Shown piece by piece: positions 45,651 through 57,687 of a stretch of 64,000 nt of DNA. The stretch is from the NCBI GenBank assembly GCA_013265495.1, contig MU059293.1, positions 496,001 through 560,000 on the forward strand, in the 5' to 3' direction. Position numbers and translations under genes: made by a program. The stretch's first letter is position 1. Each line of letters starts with the position of its first letter. The notes beneath the pieces are model-generated. The model saw only the letters and a list, made by a program, of their open reading frames with translations, did no database searches and was not told the DNA's origin. Origin of the DNA: Vicugna vicugna. Taxonomy: Eukaryota.

Positions 45651-48600
45651 ATATAAAATATAGAGAGCCAAAAAAGAAAATAAAAATAATGCATTCCAGT
45701 AAGATAGTGTTAAAGATATCAGTGTTTATAATTCTGTCCACTTTTCTGTGCATATACATACTTAACTAAATTTTTTTCAAAAATTAGACCATAATGCACA
45801 GACTACTTTGAGAATTGCTTTTTTGTTTAATATGTCTAATCTACCAAAGTCTTCTGAATGTTGGTCTATCTTAAGGAGGCTGCATTCTGAATTGACCTGA
45901 AAGGTAATATAGAAAGATGGAAACTTTCTTTTTAAAACAAGTCAGGAACACACACTGCTATCTGTATTAGTCATTTGGAGAGATCTAGATTTGGTCCCTC
46001 CTGGTCAGGCTTCCAGAAAACTTCTGAATAAAAGACAGTCAGCAGAAGGAGCAGTGAGGTATCAGGGAAATCAAGCCTGAGTTGGGCCTCTTGTTTCTTA
46101 TTGAATCTTCTAGATTTCTCTCTACGATTTAAAACCTAGATGTTTTGAAAATGTGTAACCCATTGGGAACCCCAGTAATCCTGTGAGTGGCTTGCTGGTG
46201 TCTCTCCGTTCAAGTTCTAGCTTACTCTATTTCCTGAGACAAGTCTATAAAATGTTCTTTATTTCTCAAATGGAGAACCTCATTGCCACATCTGTTTGGG
46301 ATCATAAGAAATAATACTTACATAACATTTTGGAGTCCTTGAATGAAAAGTTGCTTGGAGTTGCTGACCAGACTTAAAATGGAAGCCCATTGTCATGGAG
46401 ATAGTTGCTGAGCTGGGTCATAAACTAGACTGCAAATCTTGGGTTGTAGAAACATCGGAGCCTTGTAGTTCTAGTCATTTATTATAAAAGCTACCTATTT
46501 AGTTCCTAGATGTTCACACTGAGAGCTTCCCCTATGGTAGTTCTGGTTTGCACAATACATCTCCCCATCTGGGTCTGCATTTTAGATTGTATCTGTTGGT
46601 ATATGCCAGTGGGTTTTCCTGAGCGAGGTCACCTGGAACACGAGTATTCAATTGACTGTAACTTTCCTCTGCAGGAGTGAAGAGAAGTAAATATTCCTGT
46701 TGGCCAGTAAAGCTTGAATTCATGACCTGAGACTCCTCAGACACTTCTTAGGGACCCCTAGGGATCAGCAGCAGATAAAACTTAAAAGATAGAAAATATA
46801 CTGTGGTTGGGGGAAATGCCGGAGCCAGCCTGTGTAGAGATGCAGTAGTAGTGGGGCATTACAAGAGATGGAAGAGATGTTAGAGGCCCTCTAATCCTAC
46901 TCCTTCCTTTTTCAAGTGGGGAAACTGAGGCCTAAGGAGATCACAGAATGAGTTACTCATAGAACTGAATTGGAACCTTGCTTTGATGTTCTGTTAATGA
47001 CCCAGATGTCTGACCTGTTTAGGAGATACAGGGAAAGACAGGATCAGAGAAGTGATTAGGGTGACCTCTAGACTACATTCAGCTAGTGCAGTCCTGGGTG
47101 GGATCTAAAGTCTTAATGCTTCTCTGTGCTCCTCAACAATAAACTGAGAATATTGATTCATTCTTCCTCTTTCCTCACCTCAGGATTATAATGGTGAGAG
47201 GAAGTTTGGCATTTTATCTGATCTGCATTGGAAACTTGGCCTTCTGCAGGAGAATTCAAAAATTCAGTTCAGAAGAGAAGGTGTTGAGAAAATGCCTTCC
47301 TCCAGAATCAGGTGGTGGAGACCAATTATTATGAAATTTATGAAGCTTTCTTTTTCTCTTTCTCTTCCCTCCCTCCCTCCCTTCCAGTTCATTTTTAAAT
47401 TTGTTTCTGATGACCTCTTTAATTCTTGCTTTTCAAGTTCAATTACATTTCTGCTGTCACAGATACAGCAGTTGTTGAGTCTTAAGTATGCAGACATGTT
47501 GAACTTGCCCTTCTGAAATTCTTCCGGTGTCAATTTGCCTCATGGTCTGGGTCCAGGAAATTAGAATATTTCCAACTCATTAGGGACCATCTTGGCCTTG
47601 AGCAGAAGTGGGGTCTGAATCATTACCTAAGAGAGCTTTGTAGATTGTCACAGTTGGCAGCTCTGGGACTTGAGCTAATCCTGGAAATTCTTTAACTTCC
47701 CAGAAAGAAGGTTCCACAAGGTCAGGCAGAGGTCCTCAGAGAGAGCAGATGGAATAAAGCTTGCAACTAGTCACTTTTACAGCTGGATTTGAAGACAAAT
47801 AAAATTATACCCTTTTTTGGGGGGGGGGGAATCATCAAGCCTTTGACTTTCATTTGTTCCTACTCCTTTCTCCCTGTATGTGGAGGGGGGAAAAAAGAAT
47901 GCACTGTAATCACTGAAATAAAAGCAAGCAAACTTGTTGACTCAGTTCCCATGGTGAATGCAAGGAAGGCCAGGCCAATAGAAACAACTGAGATATTACA
48001 AAAATGTGTTTCTTTCTGGCGGCTGCACAGTCAGTCCTTTATATCCAGTCATTGTAATCAGCCCATCACCCTAAACTCTTTCCAAGGTCATTATTCTGGT
48101 TGCGGGGGCTGCTTCTCCTGCAAACAAATGTTGATTTTACTAAATGTCCTCTCCCTCCAACTCTCTCTGTGGCAAACAAAGAGCATCAAAGCATTATTCA
48201 GGAAAAGAAAGTGTAAAAGATCAGAGAGATAAAAATACTGCAGGTCTTCTAAAGGCTTAGGCATATCTGGCTCAAGCAACACAAATTATAAACTGTGAAG
48301 CCACCTGTAAAATCCTGTTTTAATTAACTTGAAGGCACATCAATGTTATTTCATTAAAATGAAATTCTGTTTAAATGGAAAACCACCACTACAGGGTACA
48401 TTGGGGCATTGTTCACATGGGTTTCAGGGTTGGCAAGGGAATCCAGTATTTAGAAAAGCCAAAGCCAGCACTGCATCTTTGGAGCATTCTTAACTTTGAA
48501 GGACTTGTCATAGGTGCCTTGGAATGTAAGGAGTGTCCCTGAGGAGGGCCCAGTCGTGGCTCAGAGTGTCACTTGCCAGTTCTTTTTATGACCCTTCCAG

Positions 48601-48859
48601 TCTTCTATCTTTCGTTCCCTGCTTCCCTCCATCTCTTTAGTCCTTGGCCTTGATGCCCCAGGTCCACCTCTCCCATTTACCACCTCGCACTGACTGATTT
48701 GATCCCCTCCATCCTTTGGGTGGACAATGGATGACACAGAGCATCCTATAAAGAGACAAGGATGCTATTTCAGGCTTACAAGCAAAATGAAGCCCAGATT
48801 GTCACAAGGGGCTGGTGAAAAATAGAACCCCTCTTTTGAAACTCTCACTTCACGAATTA

Positions 48860-49310
48860 TCTAAGAGCTGAAGGGACCTTGAAGATCCTCTAATGGAAAC
48901 CCCTCTTTTTCCTGAAGAGGACACTGAGACTCAGGTGAAGTGACTTTTCTGAACAAGTCAAGGCCACTCGGCGGGGCTTCTCCATCTTGACCCCTGCCCA
49001 TTGCTGTCCAGCCAGTGCCCCTATTCCGTGGATCTGTTGATTACAACACAGGCCACAGCTAGAGAATCCTGCCCTGTCAGCAGAGCGGTTTTACAAGCTG
49101 ACATGGGGCATGTGCACATTTAGAGTCAGGAGGATGGCTGAGTTTTAGTTCCACTTCTGCCTCTGCTTTGTTGGCTGAAACAAGTCACTTCTTCCTTTGT
49201 CTGTTTCCCCTGTTGGTAAGGAGAAGATAATGAACCTTTCCACCTATCAGGCTCACTTGAGTGTTATAAAGAATAATGAGGTGATATTTGTAAAGTGCTT
49301 TGAGCGGCTG
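48860..49310. mobile_element. Two MIR/MIR3 fragments
   Basis: GAAGGGACCTTGAAGATC...GAGGACACTGAGACTCAG; CAAGTCACTT...GATAATGAACC...GTAAAGTGCTTTG. Confidence 0.6.
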
Positions 49311-49604
49311 GGAAAGAGGAGGGGTGAGCTCAGTAGAAAGCATTATTAGCTGCAAGCACTTATCAATTGAGCTGTTTAACAATAGTGGAGAATAAGAATA
49401 CTCAGAAATGAATTCCAGGGACTAACCCTGCTTTGAATTTAGGAGGAGGATTAGTGGGGACCTAATAGGTATTCCACTTGTCCAGTTTCTTTGGTGTACC
49501 ATCAAACTAGGAAAGGTAATTGCATTCTTCTCTGTTGGATTCAGCCTGGAGTTTCAATTGGGATGTCAAAGTGTACTTGTCTTCTATTCTCATACAAGGC
49601 TGTG

Positions 49605-49736
49605 NNNNNNNNNNNNNNNNNNNNNNNNNNNNNNNNNNNNNNNNNNNNNNNNNNNNNNNNNNNNNNNNNNNNNNNNNNNNNNNNNNNNNNNNNNNNNNNN
49701 NNNNNNNNNNNNNNNNNNNNNNNNNNNNNNNNNNNN
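49605..49736. other. Assembly gap (N run)
   Basis: 132 N. Confidence 1.
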
Positions 49737-52339
49737 TAAAAGCGCCCGGGGAGCAATTTGGATGAAGCATGGAAATAAAAAGGCAAGGTCTTCATCATGG
49801 TTGATCTTTTTTGCTATGCTGCTCCATGGGAATTTTCTCAGTAACTCGGATGTACTGAGTGCAAAATCTGCGGCTTGATGGCCTTTGTGGAATCATCTTT
49901 CCTCGGGAAACGGAGACCCAGTCCAGGTGAAGGTGAACTTGCCAGGTCACTAAATGTATTGAGAGCCACCTTTTAACTTCTTACTCCCACTGAGGGTCAG
50001 ATGAGGGAGGTTCATGGGGACCTGAGGCATGTGGGAATGTTTCCAAATGATGATTCTGATCTGTTTCTCCAAAACCATGCCCCACTGTCTCAAGACCCTC
50101 GGCCCTGAGTTCAGTTCTCTTTCATTTTCCGGGTCGGGGAAGAAGAGAGAAAGCAAATCAAAACCAGAGAACTGTTTCGAGTTTGTGCAGCTCTCTGTGG
50201 GCCAGCTGGATGGTGAGCCAGAAGGCATGTGACTCCCTCCTCACTGGGCAGGCGCGGGGCTGAATTTTATCATCATCCTCTCGAGAATGTAAGGAGAGTT
50301 CAGGAGGTCATTTGGAACAGTTATTTTCTTCATCAAAGTTATATTAAGGAAATTACACTGATGCGTCTCTGTCCCCTGAAGTTTGGGCCTCTTTGTAATT
50401 GCTGCTCTCGCAAATCCTTACCACTCTTAATCCATTCTCCAGGCCTCTGTCTGCGGGGGCTGACTGCGGGCTCTCTCCTCCCAGGAGGCCAGTGGTGCCT
50501 GGACCAGTGTCACTCTGTGGTGACTTATGAGTCTCCAGTAACATCCTCCAGTGATGAGCCCGTGAGTAGTTCCACCCGGATGCCCGCTGCGCACACATGC
50601 GTGAACACACGTGAACACACCCTGGGCGCCAGTAGCCCCTCGGCCCCTCCTGCCATCCCATCACGTCCAGCAAAGCCCTGTTTGGAATCTGGCACCTCTT
50701 TGGGGGCTGACTCAGAGCTCTGGACTCCTTCCTGAGTCTGCCACCAGCTCATACTGTGTTTCCTCAGCAGATCACTTCTCTGCCCTGAGACTCCATGAAA
50801 TAATACGGGGTTTACTTGGCAGGATTCTCTGACCTCTTTCAAAGGCCCAAATTTCTTTGTTTATTGTAGTTTGACTGTTTCAATCCTCTCAAAGCATTTG
50901 GAATATTTTCTTCATTTCCCTCTCCCAAGGTATCTATTTTGTCCCAGACGTGCCTCCCCCAGGGTGTTTGGGGATGGGGGGGTGGTAGGATGCTGAGCCT
51001 TGGGGCCCCAGCTGCTGTCCTTTCCTTCACCTCTGCCAGGGCCAAGCCCAGTGCTGGGCTGACCTTTCCCGGCCGGGCCAGAAGAGAAGGCTGTGGAAGT
51101 GCTCACGCCCCCACTGTCCTGCCCTCTGTGGCCACAGCTGCTGGCCCTCCTCCCCACCCACCCCCGCCTGCGCTTTTTCTCAGTGAGCCTCAGCGCCAGT
51201 GCCCCAGCCAGCCGCTGGGAACAGAGGTCTGTCCCCTGCACTGGCCTCGGCTCCCCACACTAGAACAGTCAGGCATCAATGGGAAACAGCAAGATCTGTC
51301 AGCATCGGCCCTTTCTTCGGGGCTTTGAGGACCACATTCTCCACGGCCATCTGTTCCCTTTCACCTCTCTGGACAATGTTGCTTTTTAAAGCCAGCGATT
51401 CTCCCTCCTTTATCCCCTGCTCTCCCGCCTCCCCTTCTGCGTTCCCACCCTTTCCCCCTCAACTCCCTCTTCCCCCAACCCTATGAAATCAGCCGCTCTT
51501 AAGAGAAAACTTGCCCCTTCTCCCACACAAAGCAGTTTTACAACCACTAAGGGGTTTTGAGGGTTTTTTTTTTTAAGAAAAAAATTTTTTTGAAGTGAGA
51601 GTTAGCTACTTTTAAACTTTGGGATTGTCTTGAGGGGGTATTCTTTTGATAGGGGTGGGAGTTGGGAGGATAGGAAAACTTTCCAGTCATGCAGAAAGAA
51701 AATACAGAATAATAAAGAGTTTTAGGTTCCTGCCGCCAGGCCCTTGCCTCTTTCAAGAAGGAATCCTCCCTTTCCTTCCCTTGATGATCAGTTTAAGGAC
51801 ATTTTTATATCTTAGAGGTCTTTCCGCCATTTATTTTATTCTTATTTTGTTGTTGCTGCTAATATTGTTGCCACTGTGCTGTTTTTGATTTAGAAGTAGG
51901 GTCGCTGTGAGGCGGGTGCAGTGATCTTTCTGGACTTGCACGGAGCTGTGTAGTTAGTTACAAGGACGCCTGATTGGGCGGGAAGCATGGTGTCGTCTAA
52001 GGGACGCAGTAGGTCCTGAGGTTCCGGGAGTGTACATGAAGGGGTGTTTGTTCTAGTCTTGACCTGTGACGAAGTGTGTGACCGTAGGCATGTCACTTAA
52101 GAACAATGATAAGATCTTCCAATGATGATAAAATCTTTTACTTAAAAAAACGCTAAATACATGACTCTTCTGTTTGTACCATTACTGTGTTTTCATAAAC
52201 AAGATGAGTTTCTGGTAATGTCATGAAAACTTTACGGGCCGTGCTTGGCTACGGCTGTTTGGATAATCCACCGCTGGGGTCAGACTCAGCCGCTGACATG
52301 GGAAGTCATCTAGAACAAGGACTCCCAGCCCTGGTTGCT

Positions 52340-52570
52340 TGCCGGAATCCTGGAGAAGGCTGGAACTCAGGCCAGACTGTCAGGGTTTGAATCCTGTCTC
52401 CACCACTTACTAGCTGTTCCAACACGGGCAAAGTTTCATCATCTGTAAAATGAGGGCAATTATAGTATCTGACTTTGTATTGTGTTTGAAATGACTGGGA
52501 GATTTTTATCATGTAAAGTGGCTGGAGTCACATCTGGCACGTAGTAGGCACCCATAAATGTTAACTGTGG
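52340..52570 (+). mobile_element. MIR
   Basis: GGGTTTGAATCCTGTCTCCACCACTTACTAGCTG...CATCTGTAAAATGAGG...GGCACGTAGTAGGCACCCATAAATG. Confidence 0.85.
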
Positions 52571-53199
52571 TTATCGCCTCCCTGCGCATCCCACAGCCAC
52601 GGCACAGACGAGAAGACGGGCTGACAGGCTTCCCGGGGGGCTCTTCTCACTCTCACATTTACCTTCTGCTGCTTGATGTTTCACTATGGAGAACATGATA
52701 CAAGAACTAATGTAATTATCAGTGGGGTTATGATGATGATTACCAGAGCAATTCCACTTAGAAAAGTCATAAACTGTAGAAACATCCTAAGATAGAAAAA
52801 TGATAGAGAATCATGTCCATCTAGCAAAGAAGGTGAACCAGATGTGGAGATTATAGTCACAGAAAGAAAGCCAGCCATGATTTTGGCAACTAAGGTTATT
52901 TTACATTTTTTCAGTTGAAAAGCTACAGAATCTGGAGATTTATTTTTCTTTGGTATCAATTTCTAGAAACCTGTCATATGACTGAGACTTTCCCAACAAT
53001 GAGGGAGAGAACACTATTAAAATGTGCCTTTCTAGACAGGCATGGGTGTCTCTGAATAAGCAATTGAATATTACAATTTAATGAGAAAAAGGAAATGAGT
53101 GGAGTGTCTAGAAAATGGGGCTAGTGGGCTCCGTGAATTTTCCCTTCCAGGGAGGGAAATGAGTGGTCATTCTTCTAATATTTTCTGAATGGCTGAAAG

Positions 53200-53380
53200 A
53201 AGTGACTCGTCAGATTGCTAGGTTCAAATCCTTGCTCTGCCAGTTGCGGAGTAACCTTGAGCCATCACTTACCTGCTCTCGAGCTCAACTTCTTTCTCTA
53301 GAAAATTGGTGGGCCGATGGCATCTCCCTCACTGAGATAACGTATGTAAGATGTTGAGCCTAGTGCCCGCAACATTTTGG
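53200..53380 (+). mobile_element. MIR
   Basis: AGGTTCAAATCCTTGCTCTGCCA...GTAACCTTGAGC. Confidence 0.75.
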
Positions 53381-53981
53381 GTAATTATCCCAAATAATTC
53401 TCCCCATAATTACCTCCCCATAGTTACCCCATAATTCTCTACTTTCTCATATCAGCTGACATCTGAGATGGGAGACAGGTTACACCAAGTTGGAAGTCTT
53501 GGTCCCTTTGCTGAATCTTGTCATTTTCAGTAACCCCATAGTTCTCTCCTGTAGCTAAACAATGGCCTTCAAAGAAGAAGGAAATTGCTTGCTTAACAAC
53601 TCATATTTTGAAGATGTGGACTGACTGCCTGCTGCCACCAAAACCAGTTCCCCCAATTAAAATAACTCTGTAGGCATCAGCACATTTGGGTCGCCAGTTC
53701 CCTCTCCCACCATGAGGCTGCTGCCTGAAAGTACTTGACCGTACCACCAGGGATTGGGACACTTCTCTTGAAGGAACACTTGTGGAAGTTAAAGCAAGGT
53801 CATGTCCATTGCCTAAGATCCCACACACCCCGGCAGTCTGCACATCGTTTGGACCTTACAACTTGTGATCCGGGGGCCACTTTGAATTCCTGTGAAAACT
53901 GACAAATGGAGTTTTCCCTTCCTCTGTGGCCCCAATCTATGTTGAGCCTTCTGTTGGCATCATGGCCATGGGTCTAGCCGT

Positions 53982-54032
53982 CACGCACACGTGTGTTTGT
54001 GTGTGTGTGTGTGCGCACGGGTGCATGTGCAC
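53982..54032. repeat. Alternating purine-pyrimidine tract with (GT)n core
   Basis: CACGCACACGTGTGTTTGTGTGTGTGTGTGTGCGCACGGGTGCATGTGCAC. Confidence 0.8.
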
Positions 54033-55249
54033 ACCCCTAAAAGGGAGAAGTGCAGCTGCTTCTATCGTAGCCTTGACTCGGGAAGCCCAGCTTCAGATGT
54101 CAAGAAAACGCAGACTGAACTGAGGGGACTCTGCAGCCAGGCTGAATTCACCAGTGTGGGAAAACAAACTCAAAGAACCTTTGGGTTCTTGCCTAAAACT
54201 CAGGATGCTGAGGGTGCTGGGATGGCCTCAGCGGCTTTCCACAGTCTACGTCTTCCCCCTACCCCTTTCCAGAGCCTTCAGGGCAGCAAACGTACTGATG
54301 CCAGCATTCCATTCCTTCCCACACACGAAAATATCCTGATTCCAGTCATGATCGTTCTGCTTCCCAAAGGGGTGCTTGAGACGGGCCGAGGGAAAGCACA
54401 ACACTGAGTCTTCGTGCTCTGGGCAAGGTGAGAATTAAAAGCATTCTCCACAGTGTGCGCTCTCTGGTGCCAAAGGGGAGGCAGCTGGAAGAGCAGAAAG
54501 TCACAGGATGCCTGGGCTCAGGCCCCAGCCCTGCCTCTGACTAGGTGGCTTTCAGTAATCAGGTCACTTCTTTGTCTGTGAAATGGGAGGAATGATTATA
54601 TCCGCATTGTGAGTTTGAGGGAAGCAGTGTTTATTGACGCACTTTAACTTGAATTCACTGGCTGCTCTTACGTACTCTGGAGTTTTCAAAGCACCTCAGG
54701 GCTTCTGTCCCCTGTCCTGCTATATTCTCTTTACTTTCTGTTCCTGTTCTTGCTGAAGAAACAAAGGGAAGCTTGAACTCTGAAGGCTGAGCTATTTGGT
54801 GTCTAGAAGAAATGCTGGTCAAGGAGTCTGACTGGGGACCTTAATGAAGGTCTCTGCCTGCGTGGGGGACCTGGGCCCCATCACTAGCCCTGTCCTGTTT
54901 CCTGCCGCAGGCTGTCAGCTGCCCCTCCTCCACTTTGTGAATTAGGGTTTTGGGTGGCTCCTCTGACAACCACTCCAACCAGATGAAGTACGGCTTTTCT
55001 AAAGAGCATTTACGTCGCTTCTCTATTTCCCTTGGGAAATCAGCCAAAGGGCATTCACCAGAATGATGTCTTCCATGATGAAAAGGATGCTAAGCTACAT
55101 CACAAGATACTGGTGGAGATTTTCTAATGCAGATGCATCTGCGACATCCATTGCATGCACTTTTCATGGGCTCTGAAAAGCCTACCATTGCAAGCAAAAA
55201 ACAAATGCCTAATACAATTTTTCTTTTCAAACTTTAATGTATAAACAGA

Positions 55250-55390
55250 TCATTTGGAAGAGCGTGTTGAAATGCAGACTTCTGGGCATCACCACTCAGA
55301 GATCCTGATTCGTTAGCTTTGGTATGAGAACAAGGATTCTGAATTGTTAAAAGTGGTTTACCTGGTTTAGGTGATTCTGATGCACAAACA
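55250..55390. mobile_element. MER5A-like fragment
   Basis: GTTGAAATGCAGACTTCTGGGC...CAGAGATCCTGATTC...AGGTGATTCTGATGCAC. Confidence 0.7.
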
Positions 55391-55499
55391 CACATATGAA
55401 ACATTGCCCCAGTAATTTCTCAATAGATCCAGTTCTGTGTTCTGATTTTATATCAGTGAGCTAAGTCATCTCTTAGAATAGGTCAATCTATACTTTCAC

Positions 55500-56050
55500 A
55501 CTAAATTTTTTCTTTTTAGAAAAAAAGTTTAGATCTTCAGAAAAGTTCCAAGGAAAGTACAGTGAAGCCCTACACACTCTTCCCCTAAATTGTTAGCATT
55601 TTGCCACATTTATTTTATCACTCTCATATAATTGTGTCAATTTATTTTGTTTTCTGAGGGGGAGATGTAATTAAGTTTGTTTGTTTGTTTGTTTAATGGA
55701 GGTACTAGGCACATGCTGGGTACACACTCGACCACTGAGGCATACCCTCCTCCCTATTTTTTTTATAATATTTGTTTGTTCTAGTCATCTTTGCTGATAA
55801 GTTGTAGACATCATGACCCTTTAAACCCAAATATTTCAACACTTATCTCCTAAGAACAAGAACTTCTCTTACATAACCACAATACAATGACCTCACCCAG
55901 GAAATTAGTGTTGATATAATACCATTATCTAATATACCAGCCACATTCATCCTTTGCCAGGTGTCCTAATAGTGTCCTTTATGGCTTTTTTCCCCTCATC
56001 CAGGAGTCAGTCCAGGATTAGACATTATATTTAGTTGGAATGTCTTTCTG
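55500..56050 (-). mobile_element. L1MB/MC-like 3' fragment interrupted by a SINE
   Basis: TTAGCATTTTGCCACATTT...GTTGTAGACATCATGACCCTTT...CTCTTACATAACCACAATACAAT. Confidence 0.75.
55645..55755 (-). mobile_element. Camelid vic-1-type SINE with internal deletion
   Basis: Reverse complement GGGGAGGAGGGTATGCCTCAGTGGTCGAGTGTGTACCCAGCATGTG/CCTAGTACCTCCATT(AAAC)n; GGTTCAATC B-box segment absent. Confidence 0.75.
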
Positions 56051-57119
56051 CATTAACTATTTTTTAAGCCATTGTTGTTTTTACAGAAATACTTCTGGAG
56101 AACATATTTCCTGATAACCAACAGCATTCTTTTTTCCCTTGTGTCCTTATTACTTGCAAAGAGCCAGTGATCCAGTGTCAGCCTGAAGTGAAAGCAGAAC
56201 CTGGGCCTGATGCTGCATCAGCAAGGCCTTGGGGAAGAGCCCTGTCTGCGGGTCCTGGGTTTGCCTTGCGAGCTGATTTCCCAAAGGCAAACCCTGTGAC
56301 TGTTAGGGTGTCCCTTTGCTCTTTACTCAGGTGGGCTGTCACCTGGCTCACTCATTGTCCAATTAATTCCTTGTATAAAGCTACCAGATACTACTTCGCT
56401 ATAGTTTCAGTCTCCCCAGGAAGAGTGACAGATAAAAGATACGCCACTTTAAAAACAAACAAAGTAAATAAGTAAATAAAAAATAAAAATAGTTGAAAAA
56501 TATATAAATTCCAAACAATGTTTAAAAAAAAAAAAGAATATGCCACTTTTTACCCTTCCCAGCTTTATCCAAAGACAATGCACACACTTGAGGGTGATTT
56601 TTTTTTCCCCCAGGAGCCAGGACTATAAACAATCTGAAATCAGGGTAAGTGGCTGTATGGCTGTATTCCTTTTGCTTCAGCCAGGGAAGAAAAAAAAAAA
56701 AGTGACCTAGAAAAAAAAAATCAAATGGTCAAAAAGTGAGATGATGACCAGCTATAATACACAAGACTTACTAGAATCTATCTCTGGTATCCTCTTGCTG
56801 CCTCAGATTCTACAATGAGAGTGGAAGAACAAAACAAAGCTCACACCCAGGTGGCCGACTGGCACAATTAGAGAAATCCACTGATTTACAGTGAGCAGGT
56901 AGGATGCATTGTTGTGGAAGAAAACCTATTTCACATAAGCATCTTCCTGGCTTATACTGAATGAAGCCTAAATTAGAAAGAAAATGCCTCAGTTTTCCTT
57001 AAATGTTGGGTTTTTGTTTTCTTTGTTTTATTTTGCTAGCATTTCCTTAAGGATAGTTTGTTTTCTCTTGTGACTGAATTGATTTATTTTGTTAGTTTCT
57101 GGTGTACAGCAAAGTGATT

Positions 57120-57122
<3 letters not shown>

Positions 57123-57150
<28 letters not shown>
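57123..57150 (+). repeat. (AC)14 microsatellite following a short L1 tail fragment
   Basis: Direct reading; preceded by GTTAGTTTCTGGTGTACAGCAAAGTGATTC. Confidence 0.9.
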
Positions 57151-57153
<3 letters not shown>

Positions 57154-57553
57154 TTATTTTTAATTAAAGAGTTCTTTTCAAAGGATCAGGAGACTTAGCT
57201 ACAGGTCACCATTCAAGATTTTTTTTCCTTAAATGGAGAGTAGCAGGAGGAAAGCTGGGTTATTAGAGAAATGGTTCAGGGCATGGACTTCCGGACAGTG
57301 CTGGAAGCTGAGCTGGGTCGGGGGAGATTGCTCCTTTCAGTTCTGACACCCTAGTTCTATTCTTCCCAAGCCTGTGTTTTCCTACCTGTCTCTGAGGACC
57401 TTCATGGTTGTTACTGTGGACTTAGCAGAGAAGTCCTATGCAGTGTGCCCTGTAGAACTTTTGCTGCAAATGAGATGGGTTCTAGAATGACCAATTCTTT
57501 GTAGGGTGAGCATCCTCATCCCAACTCTGAACATTTCCTACAAGATATCTCTG

Positions 57554-57687
57554 TAGGGTCACCATACATCTTGGTTTGCCCAGAACAGTCCTGATTTATC
57601 TCTGTTATCCAGCTATACTTCTTAAGATATCGTTGTTTCGTTTTCAGAGGTGTCCTGGTTGAAATGATAACTTACATGAGCACTCTA
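57554..57687. mobile_element. MER94 (hAT-Blackjack MITE)
   Basis: TAGGGTCACCATACATCTTGGTTTGCCCAGAACAGTCCTGATTTA...GTGTCCTGGTTGAAATGATAACTTACATGAGCACTCTA with decayed TAGGGTGACC TIRs. Confidence 0.8.

Noticed and set aside
54272-54427. 156-nt AG...GTGAGA exon-like segment
   Set aside because: Stop codons in all three frames and no other support
55129-55142. Perfect 14-bp palindrome GCAGATGCATCTGC
   Set aside because: About four such palindromes are expected by chance in 64 kb (64000/4^7)
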